Assembly: GCA_036172245.1 (NCBI GenBank)
Contig: JAYWIR010000009.1
Coordinates: forward strand, 1,426,001 to 1,490,000
Source of the DNA: Raillietiella orientalis
Taxonomy: Eukaryota
Length of the DNA: 64,000 bases
Reading direction: 5' to 3'
In this document: piece after piece, positions 27,184 to 38,716 of the stretch
Layout of the letters: every line of letters begins with the position of its first letter
How positions within the stretch are numbered: the stretch's first letter is position 1
Program-made: the position numbers and the translations under genes
Notes under the pieces: model-generated
Told to the model about the DNA's origin: nothing
The model's input: the letters and a program-made list of their open reading frames with translations, nothing else
Database searches by the model: none

Positions 27184-27614
27184 AAAAGTGTACTTATCGT
27201 CGTAGTCAGTGCTGACACAGCGACCAAATAATAGGAATTTACGTCACAACGAAACATTCGGGATTGCACGCCGGAACTCTCAACGGCACGTGAGAAAAAA
27301 AAAAAAAAAAAAAGGGTTTTTTTTTTTTTTTTTTTTTTTTTTCCTTTCTTTTCTGAGATCACCTTATGGATCAAATTCAGGTCTCATCTCGTATCACAAA
27401 CGCCTGATGATGGCTGCACCAGAACCCCAACTGATCCGAGATCAGGTACGCTGACGATCAATGACAATGACGTGGAGCCGTGTCTGACTTTGGCGCGCGC
27501 GCGCGCAGGTGTGTTTGTAGGGGAGGGGAGGGGGAGCGGGGAGTGGGCGTGAGGAGGACGAGGAGGGGGGAAGGCGAGGGAGGGAATAGGAGGAACGAAC
27601 CCGCTCGCGGGCGG

Positions 27615-30600
27615 CTAGGAGATGCGCAATTCGCTCGCACCGACCTCCACCGCCGGGCGCTGCAGCATGGATCGACCCGTGTACGGAGCAGTCAGCTGGT
27701 CCACACTCAGCGGGTTGTTGGAATCGTGGGGGTTCGCTCCGACCGGGCTGCGGTGGGGGTTCGAAGGGCTGTTCAGCCCGGAGCTGCCGTAGGCTGGCGG
27801 TCCTGAGTTCGGCGGCGTGGGGAAAGGCAGGCTCTTGGCGATCCCGCAGGAGGCGGCCGGGTTCTTCTCCCCGGCGTAGTCCGTTTGGGGAGTGAGTGGG
27901 TCCGAGCTCGCCATGCTCGCGTTCGTCCCAGGACTGGTCAGCTGGCTGAGGCTTGGGCTGGGCAACAGAGGGGCACTAGGACTAGCCAGGCTGAAACTCG
28001 GGCTCGACAGGCTCGTGCTCAGCTGGTTGACGCTCGACATCACAGAGTGACAGTCACTGTCCGAATCGTTGGCTCTGGAATCAGGAGTGAGCGGGTCTCC
28101 GGTGCTTTCAGGGTCATCGCCTCCGGGGTCGGAGCCCTCGAAAAAGCGGACGCACTTTTTCTTTCTCCTGGAAAACAACGACAACGGGGTTGGCTCGGTC
28201 GGGGCTGGGAACACACGCTTGGCTTCAGGAATCACCGTCCCTTGCGAGGTGCACGCACGCACATGGAAGAGCAGATAGGAGGAGGAGGAAAGCAGACGAC
28301 GACGGCGGGACGAGCGGGCGCGCGCCGGGAGACGCTCCTCGGAGGTGTGCGAGAAGTTCCGCGGTCTTCTTGCAGGGGAGGTTCGACCGCCCTCAGCGCG
28401 CAGCAGAACGTGAGGGAAGCAAGGGCGGATCGGGGGGGGGGGGGGAGGATAGAGAGAAAGAGCGAGAGAGAGAGAGAGAGAGAGGGGGGGGGGAAGACTT
28501 GGGAGTCGCGGGACGTGTTCGACCTCGTTCAGAAGAACCAACGAACACGCCCTGCGCGGCTGCTCGCCGAGAGGGCGGGAAGAAGCGGACGGAGGCGGCG
28601 CAGTTCGCTCCGCGCCAACCGGGGGGGGGGGGAGGGCGGTGGAAGACGAAGCGCTGGGGAGAGAACCCCCGCGACTCGCTGCTGCTCTCCTGGCGCCGTC
28701 CGTCTCGCTTGACACACAGGCTATATCCTCTCGCTCGGTCCCAGATTAACTGATGAATGCAACTGCTTGACGGGACTTAGCGCCCTGCCACTGATTGGTG
28801 GTGGTTTATGCACAGTGGTAAACTCCCCGGCGCGACCGGCTGAGGAGACGCGCGAGCGGCAGGCCGCGGAGGATTTTCCCACCTCCACTGGAGGAAAGAG
28901 AGGCTGCGTTTCCGTTTCGCCTTCCCTTTCTGCTGACGTCGCGATGGCAACGCCAGGAGTTCGGAAAGACCGCGGCGACCGTCCGTTCCCCCCGGCTTGG
29001 GGGGGAGGTGGGCCGGCCGAAGAGCAGCCGGCACTCTCAAGAGGGGGTTCTTCGGGGTTCTTTCTGATGCCGACCGATGCCCGCGCCTGCCTGCCGTCCG
29101 CGGCGCGGGCATCCACCCAACGAGGCACTCGGTGGTGCGGGTTCCCGGAAGACGACGGCGCGCCCTTGGCGACGGGGGAGCGCGCGCAGAATGCAGACCC
29201 GACCTTCCCTCTTCGTCTGAGGTCCCGTGCGAGAGGGGTGGCGGAGGTCCGCACGCCTGCGTGGCTGGGAGACGCCGAGACCCCTCTGCCCGTCCCCGGA
29301 GCGACGGAAACGGGAGAGGCGGCGCCCGGGTGCGCGCGATCCGGAGGGGGGAGCCAGAGAGAAGCACAGCAGCCCACAGCAGACGATCCCGTCCTCCCCT
29401 TCTCCTTCCGAGGAACGGGGGAGCGCGTCGGGAGCTGCCCGTCCTTCCTCGGCACTCTTTGTCCGTCTGTCGTGTATCCTTCCCCTCCCTCTTCCTCCTT
29501 CTGCCCGCCCTCAAACGTGTACCACCAACGACACTGACGGAAACAACAAATCTGGCGAGACGAGCATGCAAGAAAAAATAAAGAAAAGGAAATACCTGGA
29601 CTTGCCCACTTAGGACGCGTCCCTACACACGAGATCTCTACAGGTTGACATACGTGAGAGGGGGAGAGGGCGCATCCGCGGGGAGAACAGGGGAAGAAGA
29701 GCTTTGGTCATTTAATGCGCCCGTGTCAAACGAGGCCGGCGCGCAGCGTCGACGACCCGGCGTGGACGGGGCTTCCTCGCACCGTCCCGAGCTAACACAG
29801 GATTTTAGGGAATGTGCCGTGCCGCCGGCGGGACGGAGCCACAGTGGTCGCCGGCTGGGTGGCTGCTCCGACGCTACGATTTCACGCTCGGAACTTTTAG
29901 GGGAGCAAAAAATGAATCAGAGTGCATCCTGGACACACAGAGATTAGCTGAACACACATCAAGACGATCAGGGGATGCTTCACTGACCAGCTGGGGAGAC
30001 AGAAAGCAAGCGGAAGGTCGTGGGACTTCTCTTCCGGATGAGGAAGCAGCGGAGTGCCTGCTTCGCTGTAGATTCCTTTTTTTTTTTTTTTTTTTTTTTT
30101 TCTCGAATCTTCCCAATTATGGAGACGAACGGGAGGAAAGGAAGGAAGAAACGGAGAAAAAAAAACAAACAAACAAAAAGAAGCGACAATCATCAGGCAG
30201 GGGAGAGCAGCTGGGGAAGGCCCGCTGCTTCGCGCGCCGGGAGTGGCGAAGAGAGGGGTGGGGGGAAAGGGGAGGAGCGCAGCGACAACACTAAGAAGCC
30301 AAGCATGCAGCCGGCGACACTGCTGAGGGGGGAGACGCAGATACACCGACATGCAGGGGACCCGGATGCTCCTCCCCTCCCCCCTTCCGAAAAAGAGGAA
30401 CAGGAAGAAAAAAAAAGGAGAAACGAGGAGGAAGGCGGGAAGGCAGCGACAGCGTCGGCAGCAGCACCCCCAAACTTCTTGGGGTCGGTTCTGCAGCAGC
30501 TTCTCCCGATCTCTCTCTCCTTTCCCGTGGTTTCCCTCCCACCTTTCTCTCTCTCTCTCTCCTCGAGGCGAGCGACTTCGCGAGATCCCCGTCCCCTCTC

Positions 30601-33052
30601 CCCCCCCCCGCTCGCAATGCCGGGAGAAGCAGCGCTCCGCGACTGCAGCGGGAGGAGTCGGAATCTTCTCGGAGCGCCTCCTAGCAGCTTCTGCGATGCT
30701 GCTGCCGCGCGCCAGACGGTCGAAGACAAGCAACCAACTGCGCGAGAAGGTCCACGGCAGGGGGAGGGGGGCTCCGAGAAATTCCTTCCCCCTCCCCTCC
30801 CAACTCCTCCTCCTACTACTCCGCCATCCATCCTCCCGCATGCAGGCCGCGAGGGAGTCTCGCCGGGGACGAGGTGACTGCCTCGGCGGGCGACGGACAT
30901 CGGCGGACCGGAAAGGTCGGACGTCCTCGAATGGGGACAGGGTGCTCATAAGAAGGGGAGGAGAAGGGGTAGTCTCCGTCGCGCAGAGAGCTTCCAGAAG
31001 AGAACAACCGCATCCTCCGCGCTGGAGCCCTCTCTTGCGATCTCGAGGGTCGGATCGCGCGCGTTGGGAACGCTTCCATTCCGATGAAGGTTCCTTGGTG
31101 GACAGGGGGAAGAAAAAAGGGGGGGGGGGCAGGGGAGAACGAGGCGGAGGACGATGAGAGCAACTTTTCCTCCGTGGGGTTTTCCTTTGGATATCCTACG
31201 GGAGATGCTGAGGAGTGGTCGCCGCCCCGCAAAGCAAGAGCGAAATTCCTCCGCATGGCTTCTTCTGGAGGAGAAGAGCGAGCGAGCGCCGTCGTGTTTC
31301 GCACCTCATCCAGCCACTCTCGCAACGGTTCCACGGATGAGGGGAAGCTGCACGGAAAGACAGGAACAGGTGAAGAAGAAGAAGAAGAAGAAGAACGCGA
31401 GCTCCTCGGCGCAAGAGAGGCACAACAACAACAGAAGGGGGGAAAGCGGAGGAGGAGGAACACGAAACCACGGTGACGAAACGGAGCATCACTGCCACTG
31501 CTAAGACACGTGCAGAGAACGAGAGAGAGAGAGAGAGAGAAATAAAATACGGAAGAACAGCCATGCACGGCAGAGAACGGGCAGCCTCCTTACCTGCACG
31601 GTTTGCACCACTGGTTCTGATGCTCCAGTCCGAATCTCGCCCGGCACTTCTTTAAGCTGGCACCTGAAGCGCACAGAGGAAATTTAATGGAGGAGAGGAC
31701 CATTCGAGCATCAGAAAGGGGACGGGAAAAGGAGGGTGACGAAGGGGAGGGCTGTTGGCATGCAGAAGAGGGGGAGCAATCCAAACACAAACACACGCAC
31801 ACGAGCACAGCAAGTGAGAGGGCAGGCGAAGAGGAAAGCACCTGCAGCAGCAATGTATCAATGTATCGGGTGGGTCATCGTCATCTCTGGAGCAGACTCG
31901 TGAGGGAGGTTCCTATCTTTCTTTCTATACCTTTCTTTCTCATTTTTAACAAGGAACATCCCGTGACGCGCGAGATGCACGGGACGCACTCTCTCACCCC
32001 GGAGCACCGATCATCGCGCCCGCGGACGTTCGGTCGCGCGTTCCACCCAGTGTCACCCTGCGGTCGCACGCCGGCATTCACAGTTGGTCACAGTCTGTAG
32101 TCACAGCAGAGTGAGTGCGCGCTCGCACACGCACACGCGCACACACACACACACACGCACACACACGCACACACACGCACACGCACTCGGTCAGCCACCC
32201 GGTTCCCAGCCACACAAAGGTCACACACGTCCTCGCTTGAGCGGGCGCGCACATGCGTGCGGTTTCTGTCTTTTCCTTCTTCAAACGGGCGGTGCCGCCG
32301 GCCGGCGGCGAGGCGCACGAGGTCGTCGGGTGACGACCTCTTGGTGACTACTGCTAGCTGAGAAGACGTCGAGGGACGGACGTCCCCTGCCCCCTCCCGT
32401 CCGGAGGAGACGCGGAGCGCGCGCGCGGCACGGAGAGGAGGAGCGCGCGGCACGGCGGAGGTGGCGGCGGAAGCGTGGTTGCATGCGGAAGGGTCAAGAA
32501 CAGAAACAAAAGGTCAAAACAAACAGAAAGAGGGAGAGAGCGAGAGAGCGAGCGAGAGAGAGGGAGGGGGGGGGGGAAATAGAGAGATAGAGAGAGAGAG
32601 ACAGAGAGAGAGAGAAGGTGGTGGATGAGGACAGGAGAGAGCTGAAACCACACACTCCACAGCCACAAAAGCCATGTACCCACAAGCCATAAATGAGATG
32701 CAAGAACTACCTCCATCGGCAGACTTTTCTCGCTTCCTTTTCTTCTTTTTCGAGCTCTGCGCATAGTTATCTCTCGCGGACCACCCCGGGTACATTAGGA
32801 GATGCAACTGCCTCTCTTTTTGGGCCATGTCATAATATTTCCCTTGCTCTTCCCGATTTAACGCGTGCCACTAGAACGAACCAAAGACCGTTTTCAGTTA
32901 GCGCCGCAGAAATTCCCCTCACTGCGTCCCAAGTAGGGCTGCAACGCCGCGCGTGTGTTCGGACATTCCCACTTTTTTTTTTTTTTTTTTTTTCCTTTCC
33001 ATTTTGTGAGTGTCTCCTTTTCTCTCTTTTCGCCGCATCGCACCGCTTGGTT

Positions 33053-33093
<41 letters not shown>

Positions 33094-36000
33094 GGCTTGG
33101 CAACGGGATACGCGGGGGTTCAAGCCGGGAGGAGGACCGTGGATCCCACACCGTTCCTCCAAGCTTGCAGATCGCCAGCTTCTGGTCGCCGGTGCGAAGG
33201 TGTGTGTGAGTGTGTGTGTGTGTGTGTAGGAGGAAGAGGAAGAGAAAGAGAAAGCGCGAGACAGACAGATGGTCGGGGTGGATGGGAGATGGAATCGACT
33301 CTGCCTTTTTTTTTTTTTTTCTTTTTTTTTGCGCGCGCGCGCGAACATTGCTGAGTGAGGTGGGAAAGACAGGCAACAGCAAGGAAGAACAAGCATTCGT
33401 CGGATGGTACCTTCATATGGCTTTTCTTTTTTCCTTTTCTTTTTCTTGGTCGCCAGACCGTAAGCATCTCTGGCGTTCCAGTTGGGGTACAACTGCATGT
33501 GAATCTGCCTTTCTTTTCGGGCTTTGTCATAGTACACAGCCTGCTCTTCCTTCGACAGAGCGTGCCACTGGCGGATAAGTCACGTGAGTTGCACAAGCCA
33601 CGTGGTGTGGAGGAGAGTTCGCAAAGCACCCCGACGGCGTCGCAAGGGGGGAGGCGGGGAAGAGGAGGAAAAGACGCAGGAGGGGGAAGTAAGGGTGGGG
33701 GCAGCGAAGGAAAGGGTCCCTCTGCAGGAGGGCCGAGGAAGGAACGGAGGCACAAGGGGATGGAGGGCGAGGAAGCTGCAGATCGGCTCGAGGAGCGTGG
33801 CGGCGACAGGGAGGACGACGGATATAGGATGGACGGAAAGAGAGAGCAGGCCGCCGCCACGCCCACCGGGGCACCGGCAGGGAGCCAAGGGAGGCTGCGG
33901 TGCGGGACGACGGGGAAGAGCAAGCCCCTCCCTCGCATCTGCTGCCAGATCGCCTTGCGCCACGGGTTTCCCCGCGGACAGGAAAGAGAGAGAGACCGGG
34001 CAGATCGCCTGGAAACTGCGTGAGACCTCCCGAGCGGTTTCCAGGCGATCCTTTCTTCCTCCTCCTCCTCCTCCTCGTTTTCTTCTTGTTTCTTCGAGGA
34101 AAGCGAAGGAGAGGAGGAAACATTCGTGATAGCAGCGCGGCATGGTTGGCGTGGAAACCGGAGCGAGCGACGCTCCGGCTTTCAAGTTCTGGGTGGCAAC
34201 GAGGAACCATTGGTGAGGGTCGCGCGAGCGGACCCTTACGCGCTGTGCGCACGCGGCGAGTTTCCCGGGAGACACTGGTAAGGAGGAAAGGGGGTCGGAA
34301 AGGGGGTGCACGGAGGGGGAGGAGGGAGGAACAAACGCGCGCGCGCTCGCGCGCGCGCGGGAGAGCAGCAGCTTGCCACGGGTGTCGAGCGGGGGACCAA
34401 GGAAGACTCACCCGCCTTCCAAGGATCTGGTTGATGGCGGCAGACTCCTTCAGCGTGCACTCGGCGACCACTTTGGCCCGCATCTCTTTCATGTACAGCA
34501 TGAAGGCATTCAGGGGCTTCTTGATGTGCGGCTTCTTCTTTTCCTCGGCCGCGTGGCTGCCGGCCACCTGGCCGGCGGCGGCGGCCTCCTTCTTCAAGAC
34601 CGGGCTCTGACTGCTACTCGAAGGCTTCTGCCCCATGCACTGCCTTGGGGAAAGGGGGAGGGGAGAAGGGGAGGGAGGGAGGGTCAGCTGGGAGTTGGAC
34701 GGGCGGGGCCAGTGCGCGCTACCTGCTGCCTTCCTCGTACTTCATCCCGGACGACGAGTGGGAGATGCCCGACGTCAGCAGCCCCGAGTGTCCTGAGAGG
34801 GGGTGGTGGGACGAACCAGTCACCAGCCCTGGGCTGAACTTTCCTGCTAGGCTGTTGGGTATTGGAATGGAATTCGAGTAGGGACTAGGTCGGAAGGGCG
34901 AGGAGGCCGAGTAGACGGCGGAGGGATGCCTGCGGGAAAGACACGCCCAGCCTTTGCCTTCCCGTCCCGGGGTCGCCACGAACGGCGCCGCTCCCGTCCG
35001 CCGTCCTCAGCGCCTCAGCCCCTCCCGGACGTTCCGGGAGGAAAGCGAGCGGAACAAAAGGAGGCAGCGTCGGGAGGCGCGGGAGACGCAGCTGTCGGGA
35101 GTCGAGGAGGAGCTTACCATGGAGGAACCGGTGAGAAGTCCGGCGTCATCATGGGATGGTACTGGGCAGGACCGAAGTGATACATGTGAGGCCTGCCTAT
35201 TCCTGGACAACAGGAAGGGGAGAAGGGGAAGAGAGAAAAAAAAAAAAAAAAAACATGGAGTCAGCATTCGCCAAGCAGGCAGACGAGCGCCGCCTGCCGC
35301 GCGCAGTCTTCGCCTCCGTCCCGCGCTCCTCGGTTCGATGCGCGTGGGGTGGGAGCACCGTCCTCCTGTCCGGGCCCCCCGCGCGCGACGGCGGGAAAAC
35401 GGCGTCTCCCCGATCCCTTCCTTCCCTCGCCCCTGCCTCTCCCTCATCCCTGGCGAGCGTCCGGGATGAGGGATCGCCCGTGCGCGACGGCTCTGCGAGC
35501 GAGCGAGGCCATCGCGCCGCGCCTTCTTTTCCCACGTGGACGGTCGATCGCCGATGCTGCTGCTGCTGCTGCTGCGGTCATTCGTCTCTTCAGAAAGGCG
35601 GGGAGAAAAGAGGAAAGCAGAAATGAGAGGGGAACGGGGCAAAGGGTGAACAACTCCAGGGAAGACGACAGGGTGCGAGGCGGACCAACGGAATTCGCGA
35701 ACGGGCAGGGTGGGGTGAGGCGTAGGAAAGAAAGAAAGAAAAGAAGAGATAAAAAAAAAAATAGGAAAGTAGGAGGAAGGCGCGCCCGCCGATAAGCATT
35801 GGGCAGCCAAAAAAACAAAAAAAAAAGAAAAGAAAAGAAGGAAAACGGCGGTCCTGAAGATGGAGAAGGCTTTCGCGGAGTTGCGAATGCGAGAGACGCG
35901 CCGTTGGTCCGTTCCTTTCTCCGTGTTTCCAAGCAAAAGGGGAGAAGAGAGGAAAGGAATATCCTGTTTCGCGAGCACTCCAGGCTCCCTCATGTGCGCC

Positions 36001-38685
36001 CACGCTTCCCACTTTCCTCCTCCTCTTGCACGCTCTCTTTTTTTCCTCCTCCTCCTTTCTTCTTTCTTTCTTTCTTTTTCCTTCTCCCCCCTCGAACTGC
36101 AAGATGGCGCTGCGCTCCGCGCGCGCCTCACCGACACCATAAATCAGAAGGCTACCGGGCCGAGCCCGTCGGACGGCGCCTTGGAAACGATTGTTTGTGA
36201 ATTCTTCAGAAACCGCGCATGCCTTAACGGAAAGGGAGGGGAAGAGGGGGGGGAGGAGGAGGAGGAGAGAAGGGCAGCGCGCGGAGGAGGGGGGGAAGGA
36301 AAGCGAGCACACACGCAGGCGAGGCACGTCGGCAATTGCGACGGCACGGTGCGCCCGCGTGCGTGCCGCCGCAAACAGCTCCTCCCGCTGGCGAGGCTTC
36401 TCGGGCGCGCGCGGGGGCCTGTCCAGCCGCCAGCGCCATCTCCGAAGCGGCGCGCGAACCGGAGGAGCGACACGCTCGCTCGCCCGCTTGAAAAAGCCGC
36501 CGAGACGCACAGGAAGGGGGGGGGGGGGGCGCGTTTCAGCCTCGCTCCCCGCAGGCGGTTCGCGCCAACCCGTCGTCGTCGTTACTTCGTTCCCGACGAA
36601 GCAGCAGGGAGACGAACGGGAGAGCAAGGTGTGCTCCCCGTCGCATGGCAGCCTCTCGGGCGGACGCACGCCGGTGGGAGGGGGAGGGGGGACGAAGGGG
36701 GTGGATCTCACCGCGAGTGTGGTCCTCCGGAGAGTGTCCTCCGGGTTCTCGGCATCCAAGGTCCCGGCGAATCGCCCGGGATCCGCGGATCGCCCGCACG
36801 GCTCCCCGCGCGAGGGGAAGGGCATGCCTGGCGCAGCGTCCTCCCTCAGCACTCTTCGGCCGGGCAAAGGGCCCAACAGCTCCGGGGTAAAAAGGAAGCT
36901 GACGATGAGTCTCCCACGTCCTCCCCCACGGCTGAGGGGGGAGACGGCTTCCAGATGGAGGTCACCCTGGGGAGTCCGGCGCGGAAAGGATTCCCTCCCC
37001 CTACCGGACAGTCTCCCCCACCCTGAAGGCGAAGGAGCACCCGGGAGTGGCGGTGGGTGTTGCTCGGCGACCGAGGCCGAGCGGAGAGGATTTCAGGGAG
37101 GAAGAGGAGGCGGGCCGCTCTGATACGCAGAAACAGTCCACGGTGGGGGAGCCACATGTTCCTGGCCCGGAAGGGCCCGGGGCAGTCTACCGCCCCTGCT
37201 TGAACCCATGGGGAGGAACTCTGCCTGCGGGATCGCTGCGGCTCCCTCGCTTTCCCTCTCCACATGGGGTGGCGACGAGCGTTGCCTAGGAAACGGTGAG
37301 GCCGCCGCCGCCGCCGCCGCCGCCGTCAGAAGAGTCCGGGGGGGGGAAGGGGTCGGAGGAATAAGGCTCTCCCCCTTTCGTCCCCCAGGCTGTCTCGGCG
37401 CCCGCGTGTCGCTGGACGGCTGCGCCCGCGCGAAAAGTTTCTCGATAAGCAGGTCGCCTGAGGCGCGAGGGACGGGGTGGAAGGGAGGTTCGTACCCGGG
37501 GACCAGGGACCCGCCCGCCCTCGCTAGCCGACCCGCCTTCGAGAAGGGCCGTGGAGAGGAGCCCACGACCCTCTGGGGGGTTCGACCCTCGGGAGAGGAG
37601 TCGGCGGAGATCGGCGCTGGCGCGGGGAGGGAACCGTGGAGTTCCCGCTGGAAGGGCGCCGCGCGCGCGGGGAGGACAAAGGGAACGCTCCGACCGACCG
37701 ACGTCGCCGCGCCTTTCTCCGCCGTCCACCATCGCCTCTGCCCGCGTGCCGCCGCCGTCCGCCGCCGGCGGCGCTGCTGCTGCCGTTCCGGACCGGGCGA
37801 CGATCGCGACCGCTGGGAAGCTGCTTTTCCCCCGGCGCAGGGGGGTCGCGGCCGTGAAAACGGGAATAAAGCACGATGCCGGTGGCGGTGGTCGTGTGGG
37901 GTTGGGGTAGCAGGGTGGCCTGCAGGGGTGGCGCACGGGGAAGGGAAACGGGAAAGGCGCCGGCGGAGCGACGCGCCCGCGCGATTCCCCCGAGCGCACA
38001 TCTCGACGGAGGCGGCGGTTGCCGCCGCGCGCCTCCCAGAGGTCGCCTACGCCGACGCGTCCTCCCTCCCCCGCGGGAGAGGCGCAGGAGCGTCTCCACC
38101 GGGGCAGGCTGCGCTCCTGCAGCGCGGAGAGTTTCGGCTGTGCGACATCTTCCGCCCTCGTCTGCAAACAAAAGACGTAAACAGAGTCGGAGACAACGAC
38201 GGGTATCTTGCAAATCAGATAACGAAGAGAAGGAGGGGGGGAGGGGAGGGGAGGGGAGGGGGGGGGGTGAAGAGCGGCGGGGAACGCTTGGAAAGGCTGC
38301 TGCGGGGATGCACGCACGCGGACACGCGGCGAGCGTGTTTCGAGCAGGCTGTTTGATCGTCATGGAATTTCGGGCGGTGCGGCGCCTCCTCGCCGCCGCC
38401 TCGATTCCTTTTCGTCGCGGTCGCCAGGCGATTCCCAGTCGGGGGTGGCTCCTGGTTCCCGAAGGATGAGGGTGGAGGAGGCCGCAAGAAGCACCTGCCA
38501 AGAAACTCGAAAGGAAAGCGGAAGAAGAGAAAGGGGGAAGCGCACGGCGCGCGGAGAGGGGGGGGGGGGAATCGGATCGGTTCGAGATTCCACCGCCAGG
38601 GGCTCTGCGCTCCAGCGGAACGTGTTCCGCAAGAAGCCTCAGGAACGCGCGCGCGCGCGCGCGAACGCTTTACGCATTTTATTTT

Positions 38686-38716
<31 letters not shown>

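Noticed and set aside
28805..28839. Possible alternative TCF terminal exon ([14 protein letters not shown]) after acceptor ctcctcag
   Set aside because: Supported only by a generic acceptor and a chance-level peptide; no poly(A) signal seen nearby
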